DNA of 64,000 bases from positions 16,702 through 80,701 of the forward strand of contig JAYWBQ010000028.1 of NCBI GenBank assembly GCA_043781255.1, written 5' to 3'. The stretch comes from Minisyncoccota bacterium (GTDB lineage: Bacteria; Patescibacteriota; Minisyncoccia; Phycocordibacterales; UBA5272). The notes under the pieces were generated by a model that saw only the letters and a program-made list of their open reading frames with translations, ran no database searches and had not been told where the DNA came from. Shown here one piece after another: positions 8,771-19,343 of the stretch. A program made the translations under genes and the position numbers. Each line of letters begins with the position of its first letter. Position 1 is the first letter of the stretch.

Positions 8771-8836
8771 GTTCATACATGTACACATGAGGTGAACAAA
8801 AGGCGAACGCAAGCGTTCGCCTTTTCTTTTTATGGT

Positions 8837-9241
8837 TTAATTATCTTCGAGCTCCTCCTTTCGATGTTGTATCATTGCTTGGTAGTCGTCGTTTGCTTTC
8901 TTTTCTTTTCGTAAAAGTTCATCAACATGAAGACGGTTTTTCTCTCCGAAGTCAATCTCTACTTCAAAGAAAGGAATTACTTTAACAGGAAGCCTTTTCA
9001 TCACAAAGTGACGAAGTTCACTACGCATACGCTTGGCAAAGTTGATGGCCGCATCTTCTTTATTTTCTGGAAGTACGGTAATAAAAATAGTTCCATGTTT
9101 CATATCTCGCGATACCTCGGTGCGAGTGACGGTTATCATAGAAGCGCCTGAACTTTCACGTTGAAAAAAGTCTTGGGTGATACCGAGGACTTGCTGCTCG
9201 ACTTGGAGCTGGCGTTGTGATTTTGGGATGTTGGCGTCCAT
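8837..9241 (-). CDS. rbfA: Ribosome-binding factor A
   Basis: 134 aa, lying immediately downstream of infB in the conserved infB-rbfA order. RbfA-like core (TVTRTEVSRDMKHGTIFITV...). Confidence 0.7.
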   Translation of the reverse strand: MDANIPKSQRQLQVEQQVLGITQDFFQRESSGASMITVTRTEVSRDMKHGTIFITVLPENKEDAAINFAKRMRSELRHFVMKRLPVKVIPFFEVEIDFGEKNRLHVDELLRKEKKANDDYQAMIQHRKEELEDN

Positions 9242-9321
9242 ATGAAGATAGTTAGTAGTTGATAGTGTTAAGATTTTTTTGAATTTTTGCTATAAGCTAT
9301 TAACCATGAGCCATTAGCTGA

Positions 9322-10884
9322 TTATATTCGGAGTTTCTCCACAGTGATTGCTTCGATCATGTCTCCTGGAACCATTTCGACTTTACTTTCAATCATAAGA
9401 CCACATTCTATTCCTTCCATGACAGTATTTGTTTTTATCTTTTGTGATTGAAGTTCGACAATTCTCCCACGTCCTAGCTCGACTCCTCGACGAACAACGC
9501 GAACGAGTCTGTCATTTTCTATCTTACCAGTCTCGACACGTCCCCCGATCACATGCTTTTCTTTTTGTGAACTAAATGTGCGGAGAATTTTTAGTGTTCC
9601 GAGTATTGTTTCTTTTTCTTCAAACGGAAGACGAGCTTCGACGATAGTATCGAACCATTCTGATAGTTTGTAAATAATGTCAAAAATCTCTGGGGTGATT
9701 TTAAAACGGTCTGCTTGGTCACGTGCTTTTGCTTCCATCTTCACGGTAAAGCCAATGATCACTGTCTTCTCATCGGAGGATGCGAGCATGATGTCACCTT
9801 CAGAGATATTCCCCACACCCTCTGCGATTATTTTTATTTTAATAGCATCTGTCTCACGTTTCTTTACTTCACGTTTTACAGCATCTAATGTTCCAAGAGA
9901 GTCAGCTTTAATAACAACAGGGATGACTACTTTTGCATTGCGATAGATACGAGGATCCATGACTATTTTTATTTTAGCTTGTCTGGTTTCTTGTGCAAGC
10001 TTTTCCATTTCTTTTTTATCTGGAGAAGAAATGAAGATAGCTCCAGATGCTGGTATCTCGTCAAACCCTGTCACCATGACGGGTTGTCCTGCATGAGGAT
10101 TCTTTATTGCCTTACCTGCAAAGTTTTCAACAATACGAATAGGGGACAGTGCAGTCCCTGCCAAGACTGAGCCACTTGCACTCAGCGTACCGTCTTTAAT
10201 AACGAGTGTTGCAGAGATACCACGCTTTGCATCTACAAAACTTTCAAGAACGTGACCAGTTGCCTCGGTATCTAATTCTGCAGTGAGCTCATTCATATCA
10301 ACAAGAAGAAGGAGTGTTTCAAGAAGAAGGTCGATACCAGTTCCTGTTTTTGCAGAAATTTCTACACAAGGGACTTCACCTCCGTAGCCTTCGATGTAAA
10401 TTGCATTTTCAACAAGAGAGTTTTTTGTTTTCTGGATGTCTGCACCTGGTTTATCTATTTTGTTAATAGCAACAACATACGGAAGTTTTCGGGCTTCGAT
10501 TGTTTTCCATGCTTCAAGAGTTTGTGTCTTCACACCATCTTCTGCTGAGACAATAAGGATAGCAATATCTGCAATCTCAACACCGCGCTCACGCATACCT
10601 TGAAATGCTGCATGCCCTGGTGTGTCTAAAAAGGTGATTGGTTTTACTTTTCCGTCTGCTTGCTTGTGTTCGACTTCATACGCTGAAATACGCTGTGTAA
10701 TACCTCCTGCTTCACCGTCAACAATATTTGATTTTCGAATGTAATCAAGAAGAGAAGATTTTCCATGGTCGACATGACCAAGTACCGCAATAATTGGTTG
10801 ACGAGGGGATAAAGCTAAAGTTGCTTTTGGTATAAGCTTTTTTGACATAATGATAGTGGCAATTATACCACAGAATGCCAACAA
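9322..10884 (-). CDS. infB: Translation initiation factor IF-2 (compact form)
   Basis: G-domain motifs GHVDHGKSSLLD, DTPGH and NKIDK. IF-2 beta-barrel domains. C-terminal GGRVETGKI-like region. Confidence 0.9.
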   Translation of the reverse strand: MLAFCGIIATIIMSKKLIPKATLALSPRQPIIAVLGHVDHGKSSLLDYIRKSNIVDGEAGGITQRISAYEVEHKQADGKVKPITFLDTPGHAAFQGMRERGVEIADIAILIVSAEDGVKTQTLEAWKTIEARKLPYVVAINKIDKPGADIQKTKNSLVENAIYIEGYGGEVPCVEISAKTGTGIDLLLETLLLLVDMNELTAELDTEATGHVLESFVDAKRGISATLVIKDGTLSASGSVLAGTALSPIRIVENFAGKAIKNPHAGQPVMVTGFDEIPASGAIFISSPDKKEMEKLAQETRQAKIKIVMDPRIYRNAKVVIPVVIKADSLGTLDAVKREVKKRETDAIKIKIIAEGVGNISEGDIMLASSDEKTVIIGFTVKMEAKARDQADRFKITPEIFDIIYKLSEWFDTIVEARLPFEEKETILGTLKILRTFSSQKEKHVIGGRVETGKIENDRLVRVVRRGVELGRGRIVELQSQKIKTNTVMEGIECGLMIESKVEMVPGDMIEAITVEKLRI

Positions 10885-10985
10885 AGGATAGCTCTTAGAC
10901 TATAGAGGTTAGACTGTATCTTTTAGATACATGAGTATGCGAAGCTATTTGAGTTGAACTTTAACTACAGTCTAAAGGCCAAGAT

Positions 10986-11483
10986 CTACTGGCTATTCTT
11001 CTGGTGTGCTGCGCGAGCATCGTCGATGACAGCGAGTTCTTCTTCTGTTAGTTCGTACGTGCTTTCATAGTTTTCAAGTGGCTTTGCAAAAGTGCTCATA
11101 CGTTCATGGGAATGAAGTGATGTAAGAACAACACCATTTCCTTTTTCATTGATAAGTGCGATGGAGAAGCTTTGATTAGAGCCGTTAGTGTCGAATGCTT
11201 TGTAGCGGATAGTTTGCGCATTACGAAGTGAATGAGAAACTTTCTCTTCAAGGAGTTCTGCATGCTTAGTAAGGAGGTTGTTTTGTTTTTCGATTGTTTC
11301 GGCATTTTTGATACAGGATCGTATGATCTCTTCAAGAGATGCTCCGTTGTTACCTCTCGTTAAGACGACAATTTTATGATCAAGGTAAAGAGCGTAACAA
11401 ATGACAACAAAGAGTGACATCGCAAGGAGTATTGTTGGTGTGATTGGGAGAGCGGAGATGGAAGAGAAGAGAGTTGAGAGCAT
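10986..11483 (-). CDS. DUF4446-like membrane-anchored protein
   Basis: N-terminal TM helix, then RYKAFDTNGSNQSFSIALINEKGNGVVLTS, which resembles the DUF4446 consensus. From memory; unverified. Confidence 0.5.
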   Translation of the reverse strand: MLSTLFSSISALPITPTILLAMSLFVVICYALYLDHKIVVLTRGNNGASLEEIIRSCIKNAETIEKQNNLLTKHAELLEEKVSHSLRNAQTIRYKAFDTNGSNQSFSIALINEKGNGVVLTSLHSHERMSTFAKPLENYESTYELTEEELAVIDDARAAHQKNSQ

Positions 11484-11638
11484 AGAGAGTATTACAGAGA
11501 TTGTAGCATGATGAACATAAAAAGGTGTTACTAGAAAAGTGAGATGATATAAAGTAAAAGTAGTATTATCGAAGGTTAGGTATTACAATTTATGTAGCCA
11601 GTACTTTTTCTTTTGTATCTATATGGTAGAGTATTTGT

Positions 11639-12952
11639 ATGATGAAATTATTTTTCACAAAAAATAAAAATAAAAGAGTGTATTTGGATAATGCGGGGGC
11701 GACAGAGATAGGAGGGCGGCCAACGGCCGCCCTTCTAGAAGCACTCAGTATCTATGGCAACCCATCAGGCATCCATAAAGAAGGCGCAGATGCAGGAATT
11801 CTTCTTGATAAAGCACGTGCCATGTGTGGAACCGTGTTAAATGCGCACGCTTACGAAATATACTTCATGTCTTCTGGGACAGAGTCATGTGACCTTGCTG
11901 TTTTTGGAACATATTTTGGATTTGTTGATAGCCAAGAGCTGCTAGTTAATAGTCAAAATCCTCCCCATATCATTACTTCTTCTATCGAGCATCCTGCAGT
12001 CCTCGAGCCAATTAAACAACTCGAGCGTGACGGCAAAGTACGAGTGACGTATCTCCCTGTGTATGAAGATGGTATTGTAAGAGTGAAAGATGTACGTGTG
12101 GCATTGTGCGAAGAAACAATACTCGTAAGTGTGATGTATGCAAATAACGAGATAGGCACCATTCAACCATTAAAAGAAATGGGTCGTGTGATAGACGAAT
12201 GGAAAAGAGATAATGGTAAGACTTTCACTTCGTATCCTTACTTTCATGCTGATGCTTGCCAAGCTGCTAATTATTGTAATCTCGATGTACTTCGTCTTAA
12301 GTGTCACTTGATGACGGTTAATAGTAGCAAGGTGTATGGTCCAAAAGGCTCCGCACTGTTATATAAACGAGAGGGAATAAAAATTTCCCCAGTAACTCTC
12401 GGTGGTGGACAAGAGCGAGGATTACGTAGCGGGACAGAAGCTGTGCCTCTACATTATGCATTTGGTGTAGCTCTTCTAGAAGCTAAAGAGCTACAAGAAA
12501 AAGAAAGCGCGCGCTTGCGCGCGCTTCGTGATGAGACGGTAAAACTTCTTACAAAAGAAATCCCCTCAATTATTTTCTACGGCGCTTTCGATGTTAGTAA
12601 CAAGGAAGTCAAAAGAAGTAAGAAGCAAGAAAATAATATGGAAAGTTTACAACCTACAGCATACAGCCCACAACCTGCCCTCCGCTTGCCGAATAATATT
12701 AATTGTAGAGTTCCAGGAATCTCAAGTGAAGAAATGATACTTCGCCTCGATGCAAAAGGCTTCGCAGTCTCACATAAGTCTGCGTGTGCATCAAGGGAGA
12801 CAGAAGGGAGTTATGTCGTAATGTCACTCGGTGCTACAGAATTAGAGGCACAAGAAAATATTCGCATCTCACTCGGCCGTTCAACATCCAAGGGAGATTT
12901 AGATAGACTGGTGGAAGCAATGAAAGATATTTCTACAAAATATACTAAATAG
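11639..12952 (+). CDS. Cysteine desulfurase (class V aminotransferase, IscS/NifS-like)
   Basis: YLDNAGAT N-terminus. PLP-lysine region SSKVYGPKG. C-terminal active-site Cys loop (SHKSACASRETEGSYV). Confidence 0.8.
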   Translation: MMKLFFTKNKNKRVYLDNAGATEIGGRPTAALLEALSIYGNPSGIHKEGADAGILLDKARAMCGTVLNAHAYEIYFMSSGTESCDLAVFGTYFGFVDSQELLVNSQNPPHIITSSIEHPAVLEPIKQLERDGKVRVTYLPVYEDGIVRVKDVRVALCEETILVSVMYANNEIGTIQPLKEMGRVIDEWKRDNGKTFTSYPYFHADACQAANYCNLDVLRLKCHLMTVNSSKVYGPKGSALLYKREGIKISPVTLGGGQERGLRSGTEAVPLHYAFGVALLEAKELQEKESARLRALRDETVKLLTKEIPSIIFYGAFDVSNKEVKRSKKQENNMESLQPTAYSPQPALRLPNNINCRVPGISSEEMILRLDAKGFAVSHKSACASRETEGSYVVMSLGATELEAQENIRISLGRSTSKGDLDRLVEAMKDISTKYTK

Positions 12953-12998
12953 GTTGTATACTTTGGATATCATTAATTTATAAACTTACAATAAAAAT

Positions 12999-13565
12999 AT
13001 GCAACCATACGTAGCAAAAGATTTTTCACACTTACTTGGAACTCCTGGTATGAGTGACACACTTCTCACTAATCACTTCACGCTTTACCAAGGGTATGTT
13101 ACCAATACCAACAAATTAATGGATATGATGAAGGATAAAGAGTCAGGAACACCTGACTATGCAGAACTTCATCGCCGCTTCGGATGGGAATGGAATGGAA
13201 TGAGACTACATGAGCTTTACTTTGGAAACATCGCAAAACATCCTGTGCCATTAAGTGAAAGAACTCTCAAACAAAAAATTGAAAGCACGTGGGGAACATA
13301 CGAAAATTGGGAAAAAGAATTCCGCGGAATAGCAGCAATTCGGGGTGTAGGTTGGGTGCTCCTTACTCATGACAAAAGAGATGGAAAGTTAATTAACGTA
13401 TGGATAGGGGAACACGATTGGGGGCATCTTGCAGGTCTTACTCCGTTACTTGTTATGGATGTGTGGGAGCATGCGTTCATGCTTGATTATGGCATCAAAC
13501 GTGCAGATTATATTAATGTGTTCATGTCTATTGTTGATTGGCATGCTGTAGAAGAAAGAATATAA
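12999..13565 (+). CDS. Fe/Mn-family superoxide dismutase-like protein
   Basis: C-terminal DVWEHAFMLDYGIKRADYINVF matches the D-x-W-E-H-A-Y-Y...R-x-x-Y region. The N-terminal ligand region is divergent (see findings). Confidence 0.7.
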   Translation: MQPYVAKDFSHLLGTPGMSDTLLTNHFTLYQGYVTNTNKLMDMMKDKESGTPDYAELHRRFGWEWNGMRLHELYFGNIAKHPVPLSERTLKQKIESTWGTYENWEKEFRGIAAIRGVGWVLLTHDKRDGKLINVWIGEHDWGHLAGLTPLLVMDVWEHAFMLDYGIKRADYINVFMSIVDWHAVEERI

Positions 13566-13972
13566 ATAAATTGCATCTTTAATTCGAAAATACAAATACT
13601 TTAAGGTTCACCCTATGGTGAGGACAAGACAGAAGAAGTTTTGGGGATGAGATCACTGTTGGTGAGAAATTAGGAATTATTTCAGGTAAAATTATATATC
13701 AAAAAGAAATTTTGTCAAGTTGACTTCAGTAATTAATTTTGGCATTGTATATATACTACCGAAGATGTAAGAATAGTCTGCTTATCCACCACAACTTAAC
13801 TCTATAATCCTGCTACACTGTAAGAGAAGATATACGTAAGATTTTTTGTGTATTTAAGAATTATATTTGAATTATCAGTATTTAATTAGTTACGATTTAT
13901 TTTTATCTACGAAATAGTGTCTCAAGAGATCATCGTAGATAAATTACTTGGGCTAAAAGTTATATTTACCAT

Positions 13973-16672
13973 ATGCCTCCAGCATTTAATAATTTCACCA
14001 CTAAAGCAAAAGAAGTAATCAGGCGTGCTCATGAGCTCGCTATTGAACGTGGACAAAACCAAGTTTCACCACTGCACTTAATGGGCGCACTTCTTACACA
14101 AGAAGAGTCCCTTGTGCATGCCATTTTAGAAAAACTCGAGATTGATGTCATCCACCTCACAGATACGATTGTGGATGCCATAGAAGTTCCGGGAGCATCA
14201 GCTACGATGAGTCCGTCATACCAGATGTACCTCACTCCTGAACTAGCAAATACCCTTGAAATGTCGATGAAAGTCGCACAGTCTTTTAATGATGAATTCG
14301 TTTCAACAGAACATCTGTTCCTTTCACTTCTTGAAACGACAGGTCAAGTGCGTGAAGTCCTTGCACGTTTTAGAATTGACAAGGACGCGGCATACCATGT
14401 GCTCGAAGAACTTCGTACACAAAATATTACCGAAGCTCAAGGTCCAAAGAAAAATAAAGCACTCGTTAAGTACACTCGTAACTTCACTGATCTTGCTCGT
14501 GCTGATAAGCTCGATCCTGTGATTGGACGAGATACTGAGATTATGCGTCTCATGCAGATTCTTTCTCGACGTACAAAAAACAATCCGATACTTATTGGAG
14601 AAGCAGGAACAGGAAAGACCGCAGTCGTAGAAGGTCTTGCTATTCGTATGGCAAAAGGGGATGTACCTGAAAGTTTAAAAGGAAAGGAGCTCGTATCACT
14701 CGATCTCGGGATGCTTATTGCAGGAACAAAATTTAGAGGTGAATTTGAAGAGCGATTAAAAGCGATAATGAAAGAAATTGAACGGTCAGAAGGGGGTATT
14801 ATTCTCTTTATCGATGAGATACACACCATAGTAGGAGCAGGAGCTACAGAAGGGTCGGCGGATGCTGCAAACCTCCTTAAGCCTGCGCTTTCTCGTGGAG
14901 AACTTCGTGCAATAGGTGCAACGACTCTCAAAGAGTACCAAAAGCATATTGAAAAAGATCCAGCACTCGCACGACGTTTCCAGCCAGTGTTTGTTGAGGA
15001 GCCGTCAGAAGCTGATGCTTTGGCTATTTTACGAGGCCTTAAAGAAAAATATGAGCTTTTTCACGGTGTGCGTATCACTGATGACGCACTTGTCTCTGCC
15101 GTGAACCTTTCAACGAGATACATCACGTCACGATTCCTTCCTGATAAGGCGATTGACTTGATTGACGAGGCAGCATCTTCTCTTCGTATCGCTCTTGAGA
15201 ACAAGCCTCCTGTGTTGGATGAGGCACATCGTCGTATCATGCGACTTGAGATTGAAAAAGAAGCTCTTTCGAAAGAACTTATTTTAGATAGTGAGCGAGA
15301 AGATGTTGGGTCAACCAAGAAACGTATTGCAATAATTGACGAAGAAATAGCGAACGTGAAAGAGAAAACTCGCGAGCTGGAGCTGAAGTGGAAAAATGAA
15401 AAGAAGACGCTTGGTGAGATAGGAGAAATTAAAAAATCTCTTGAGGCACTTCGTACTGAAGCAGAGAATGCTGAGCTTCGTGCGGATCTCACACGTGTAG
15501 CTGAGATTCGTTACGGTCAGATACCAGAGCTTACTCGTGAGCTCCATGACTCTATCGAGAAATTAAAGAAACTTCAGAAGACCCGACGAATTTTGAAAGA
15601 AGAAGTTACTGAGGAGGATATTGCATCTGTTGTTGCGAGATGGACTGGTATTCCTGTGGTACGAATGCTTGAAGAAGAGGAAGAGAAACTCTCACGAATG
15701 GAAGAAGAACTCGGCAAGCGTGTGATTAGTCAGAAGGAAGCGATTAGTAAAATAAGTGGTGCTGTGAGAAGGAGTCGTGCGGGGATCAATGACCCAGGAC
15801 GACCAATCGGATCATTCATGTTCCTTGGTCCAACAGGAGTTGGAAAAACTGAGCTTACAAAAGCACTCGCAGAATTTATGTTTAATGACGAGAAAGCTCT
15901 CATAAAAGTAGACATGAGTGAGTACATGGAAAAACATAGTACGAGTAAACTAATCGGAAGTCCTCCAGGATACGTGGGTTATGACGAGTCAGGTCAACTC
16001 ACCGAAGCAGTCCGACATCGACCGTACGCTGTGATACTTTTTGATGAAGTTGAAAAGGCTCATCCTGAAGTGTTTAATATTCTTCTTCAAGTTTTAGATG
16101 AAGGAAGACTCACTGATAGTAAAGGACGAGTGGTAAACTTTAAAAATACAATCATCATCATGACATCCAACATCGGCAGTCAGTACATTCAGAAGATGGA
16201 GCAGATTGGATTTTCAAATATGGTTGCAGGAGCTGAATACACACAAGTGAAAGAACGTGTTACAGAGGCTGTTAAAGAGTTTTTTAAACCAGAATTTTTG
16301 AATCGTCTCGATGAGACAGTTATTTTTGATGTATTGTCTAAAGAAGAAATCAAGCAAATAGTCGGTCTTCAGATCGCATCTCTTGCAAAGCGACTTCTTG
16401 AAAAAGAAATCACTCTCGAAGTAACCCCAAACGCAGTCACTTACATCGGAGAGAAATCCTATGATCCGCATTATGGAGCACGACCAATTAAGCGTTATAT
16501 GCAGACACATATCTTGAACCAGATTGCATCACTTATGCTTTCTAAGAAGTTTACAAAAAGTGGTATCGCCTATGTGACACTTGATAAGAAAGGGGAGCTC
16601 ACCGTAGAAGCGCGTCGCCCAGCTAAGATACTGAGTCCACTTCAAAAAGAAGAAGTTGTAGGGAAAAAGTAA
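13973..16672 (+). CDS. clpB: ATP-dependent chaperone ClpB
   Basis: Clp N domain. Walker A motifs [15 protein letters not shown] and [15 protein letters not shown]. Long coiled-coil middle domain. Total length 899 aa. Confidence 0.9.
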   Translation: MPPAFNNFTTKAKEVIRRAHELAIERGQNQVSPLHLMGALLTQEESLVHAILEKLEIDVIHLTDTIVDAIEVPGASATMSPSYQMYLTPELANTLEMSMKVAQSFNDEFVSTEHLFLSLLETTGQVREVLARFRIDKDAAYHVLEELRTQNITEAQGPKKNKALVKYTRNFTDLARADKLDPVIGRDTEIMRLMQILSRRTKNNPILIGEAGTGKTAVVEGLAIRMAKGDVPESLKGKELVSLDLGMLIAGTKFRGEFEERLKAIMKEIERSEGGIILFIDEIHTIVGAGATEGSADAANLLKPALSRGELRAIGATTLKEYQKHIEKDPALARRFQPVFVEEPSEADALAILRGLKEKYELFHGVRITDDALVSAVNLSTRYITSRFLPDKAIDLIDEAASSLRIALENKPPVLDEAHRRIMRLEIEKEALSKELILDSEREDVGSTKKRIAIIDEEIANVKEKTRELELKWKNEKKTLGEIGEIKKSLEALRTEAENAELRADLTRVAEIRYGQIPELTRELHDSIEKLKKLQKTRRILKEEVTEEDIASVVARWTGIPVVRMLEEEEEKLSRMEEELGKRVISQKEAISKISGAVRRSRAGINDPGRPIGSFMFLGPTGVGKTELTKALAEFMFNDEKALIKVDMSEYMEKHSTSKLIGSPPGYVGYDESGQLTEAVRHRPYAVILFDEVEKAHPEVFNILLQVLDEGRLTDSKGRVVNFKNTIIIMTSNIGSQYIQKMEQIGFSNMVAGAEYTQVKERVTEAVKEFFKPEFLNRLDETVIFDVLSKEEIKQIVGLQIASLAKRLLEKEITLEVTPNAVTYIGEKSYDPHYGARPIKRYMQTHILNQIASLMLSKKFTKSGIAYVTLDKKGELTVEARRPAKILSPLQKEEVVGKK

Positions 16673-16734
16673 TTGGAAAGACTTTTGATGTGTAGAGGGG
16701 TAGAGAGAAGTAAGATAAGAATTGTATAAAAAAA

Positions 16735-16766
16735 GAAGCGCAGGCCACAGGCCTGCGCTTCTTTTT
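16735..16766. terminator. Rho-independent terminator after clpB
   Basis: GAAGCGCAGGCC-aca-GGCCTGCGCTTC perfect 12-bp stem, followed by TTTTT. Confidence 0.7.
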
Positions 16767-16883
16767 GCTTTACTTTCTTATTTTTGGTAGAATGTGGTTC
16801 GCTGTCACGTGCATGTGTAGGATAGACCAGAGGCCTTGAAGCCGTCCTTGAAATATGGTCCTTGTACGTGATGGCGACCATAT

Positions 16884-16966
16884 GCGTCGGTGGTGGAGTG
16901 GTCAATCACAACAGACTGTAAATCTGTCGCCTCCGGGCTTCGCTGGTTCAAATCCAGCCCGACGCA
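16884..16966 (+). tRNA. tRNA-Tyr (anticodon GTA)
   Basis: Hand-folded. Acceptor stem GCGTCGG/CCGACGC. Anticodon stem-loop ACAGA-CTGTAAA-TCTGT. Long variable arm. T-arm GCTGG-TTCAAAT-CCAGC. A TAGAAT -10-like element lies ~85 nt upstream. Confidence 0.85.
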
Positions 16967-16972
16967 CTGAAT

Positions 16973-17000
16973 TCAAAAAGCACCTTCAGGTGCTTTTTGT
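16973..17000 (+). terminator. Hairpin terminator after tRNA-Tyr
   Basis: AAAAAGCACC-ttca-GGTGCTTTTT perfect stem with a T-run. Confidence 0.55.
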
Positions 17001-17326
17001 GCGCAGGGCAGGATTTGAACTGCTGATTAGTAAATCACACGGGGGGGGTGATAGTCGCAACCTGCATACTCCAGGAGTTATTCTGCTGAATGACGAGCAG
17101 GTGTAGGTCTCGAGTATAGTAATGTGATACCATCCCTAACAAACCATTCAACATATTTGCCTTAATTTACCTCATAAAAAATAGTGTTTTTGTGCAGACA
17201 GTGTGTAAAGGTTAATTAGAAATGGTATGAGAGGCGAGTTTAGTCCGACACATAAAATTAAAAACACCTACTTGAAAGTATTTTTAATTAAAATTATTTT
17301 TTGGAGATAGATGATACGATGGAGTT

Positions 17327-17800
17327 ATGAGTGTCATAACATTAAAAAATAAAATTCATCTGGTTTTTGAGGTTAGTATTTTACTAAAAGGCTTGCATGC
17401 GATATTGGAAATTGTAGGAGGAGTTTTAATATTCTTTATCACTAAAGCGTATGTTATTAGTACAGTACTTTCTATCACACAGGAAGAATTAAGTGAAGAT
17501 TCAAAAGATTTTATTACTCATTATCTTATTATAATGAGTAATAATTTTTCGATTAGCTCACAGCATTTTATTGCTTTTTATTTACTTAGTCATGGAGTTA
17601 TAAAATTGTTCTTAGTTATTAATCTTTTTAAGAAAAAGTTGTGGGCATACCCTCTATCTATTTTAGTTTTTAGTTTATTTATTCTCTATCAACTTTACAG
17701 ATTTAGTAGTACTCATTCTGTTTGGCTACTTCTTTTGACTCTCTTTGATATTATAATTATTTGGCTAACACTTCGTGAGTATCAGTATATTCAAAAGTAA
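17327..17800 (+). CDS. Hypothetical multi-pass membrane protein
   Basis: 157 aa with 4 predicted hydrophobic helices. Confidence 0.5.
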   Translation: MSVITLKNKIHLVFEVSILLKGLHAILEIVGGVLIFFITKAYVISTVLSITQEELSEDSKDFITHYLIIMSNNFSISSQHFIAFYLLSHGVIKLFLVINLFKKKLWAYPLSILVFSLFILYQLYRFSSTHSVWLLLLTLFDIIIIWLTLREYQYIQK

Positions 17801-17862
17801 AAGTTGTGCAGTATTTCTCACCAGTAAAGATTAATTAAAGTAATCGATGGTATACTCATCAT

Positions 17863-18876
17863 ATGAAATTTCGTGGAATCGATACATTTAGACAACCCTG
17901 GGTACTTGGGGTTATTTTTTTTAGTGCATTTTGTGGATCATTGCTTACATGGGGTTTGGTGACTTTTATGTCAAATCAGTCTTCAGTAAGTTTTGGTGCA
18001 ATTAGAATAAGTGAGGCATCAAAGCCACTGATTCATCCTTTACTTGCATACAATACTCCAGAAATGCAAACAGTTAGTCCTCTCGAAGAGGCTCTTAAGT
18101 TAATTGTTTCTACTTCTATCAAAAATAAGCAACTTACAACAGCCTCAGTGTATTATCGAGATTTGAATACTGGTCGTTGGTTTGGTATTAATCAAGACCA
18201 AAAATTTGTCCCGGCAAGTTTGTTTAAAGTTCCTCTTATGATTGCTTATTTAAAAGATGCAGAAAAAAATCCAAATTTATTATCAACAAAAGTTGTTAAT
18301 GATCTTGTAAGTGATGAAAATGTAAATGAAACAATCAAGGCGCTACAGTCAGTCAAGCAAGGTGAAAGATATACCGTTGATGAGCTTCTACACTATATGA
18401 TTGATTCTTCAGATAACAATGCTACGGTATTACTTTTTAAAAATGTTAACCAAGACACTTTAAAAAAAGTTTTTTCAGATTTGGATATACAAATACCAAC
18501 CACGGGTATAAATACAGATTTTATCTCAGTAGATAATTATAGTTTTCTTTTTAGAGTGCTCTATAATGCAACATATCTAAGTCATGAGATGTCTGAAAAA
18601 GGTTTGGAGATGTTGAGTAAAATAGATTTTGAAGATGGACTCCGCACTAGTAGTATTCCTAAAAGCATTACTATTGCAGATAAATTTGGTGAGTATTATC
18701 TAATTGAAAATGGCAAGGTTGGTGAACATCAGTTGCATGATTGTGGTATTGTGTATCACCCTAAACACCCATACCTTCTTTGTGTGATGACAAAAGGTGA
18801 AAAAATTGAAGACCTTGAAAAACTAATACAAGACATATCAAAAATGGCGTACAGGTATGTAAATAACATGAAGTAA
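17863..18876 (+). CDS. Class A beta-lactamase-like serine hydrolase, membrane-anchored
   Basis: SxxK (PASLFK), SDN (IDSSDNNAT) and a KTG-equivalent (DKFGE) in class-A order. N-terminal TM segment. Confidence 0.6.
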   Translation: MKFRGIDTFRQPWVLGVIFFSAFCGSLLTWGLVTFMSNQSSVSFGAIRISEASKPLIHPLLAYNTPEMQTVSPLEEALKLIVSTSIKNKQLTTASVYYRDLNTGRWFGINQDQKFVPASLFKVPLMIAYLKDAEKNPNLLSTKVVNDLVSDENVNETIKALQSVKQGERYTVDELLHYMIDSSDNNATVLLFKNVNQDTLKKVFSDLDIQIPTTGINTDFISVDNYSFLFRVLYNATYLSHEMSEKGLEMLSKIDFEDGLRTSSIPKSITIADKFGEYYLIENGKVGEHQLHDCGIVYHPKHPYLLCVMTKGEKIEDLEKLIQDISKMAYRYVNNMK

Positions 18877-19064
18877 AAGATACAAAACTTCAGGTTATAT
18901 TTTTTTGAAAATTTTTTTACAGGTAGTTCTTATCTTGGGTTTTTTAAAACAATGATTGATTCTTGGTTAAAAGACATGTTCTTGTTTGTGTTTACCTTCT
19001 TAGGTCTCACAGAGTGGTAGTGGTATACTCTAAAAGGGTAGATAAACTTTCACAGGAGTAATTC

Positions 19065-19262
19065 ATGCTTACATCTCAACCGACACCTGATCCTTTTTTT
19101 TTGGTAAATCTTTTTTTCGAAAAGCCCCCGTACAAATACAACTCTATGTTATTTACTGGAGTACTTTTTGCGAGACCTATGGCAATGGGACTTGTGATGA
19201 TGATGCCTTTTTTCCCCGCGCTTGATTTGCGTACACCTCTTAGTACAAAGACTTTGGCGTAA
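19065..19262 (+). CDS. Small Pro/Met-rich hypothetical protein (65 aa)
   Basis: AGGAG 9 nt upstream of the ATG. A hairpin terminator ATTCCGG-n18-CCGGAAT plus T-run lies at ~19270-19312. Unusual composition; could still be spurious. Confidence 0.3.
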   Translation: MLTSQPTPDPFFLVNLFFEKPPYKYNSMLFTGVLFARPMAMGLVMMMPFFPALDLRTPLSTKTLA

Positions 19263-19343
19263 AAAATCTAAAGATTCCGGTCTAACCTAACAGTTATGCC
19301 GGAATCTTTTTGCTTGTGATATAAAAATGATAGTATATATAGT

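Noticed and set aside
14437-15492. Ser/Arg-rich antisense ORFs (164 aa and 143 aa) inside clpB
   Set aside because: They are typical antisense artefacts of a GAA/GAG-rich coding strand. clpB is unambiguous.
16995-17040. Possible minus-strand tRNA or tmRNA 3' end suggested by GGATTTGAAC (reverse complement of a T-loop GTTCAAATCC)
   Set aside because: No complementary acceptor-stem 5' strand and no 5-bp T-stem can be formed. It is better explained as an inverted partial copy of the adjacent tRNA-Tyr T-arm.
16855-17106. 83-aa plus-strand ORF (MVLVRDGDHMRRWWSGQ...)
   Set aside because: It lies over tRNA-Tyr, the tRNA terminator and a G8 run. Overlap with a well-formed tRNA makes it a six-frame artefact.
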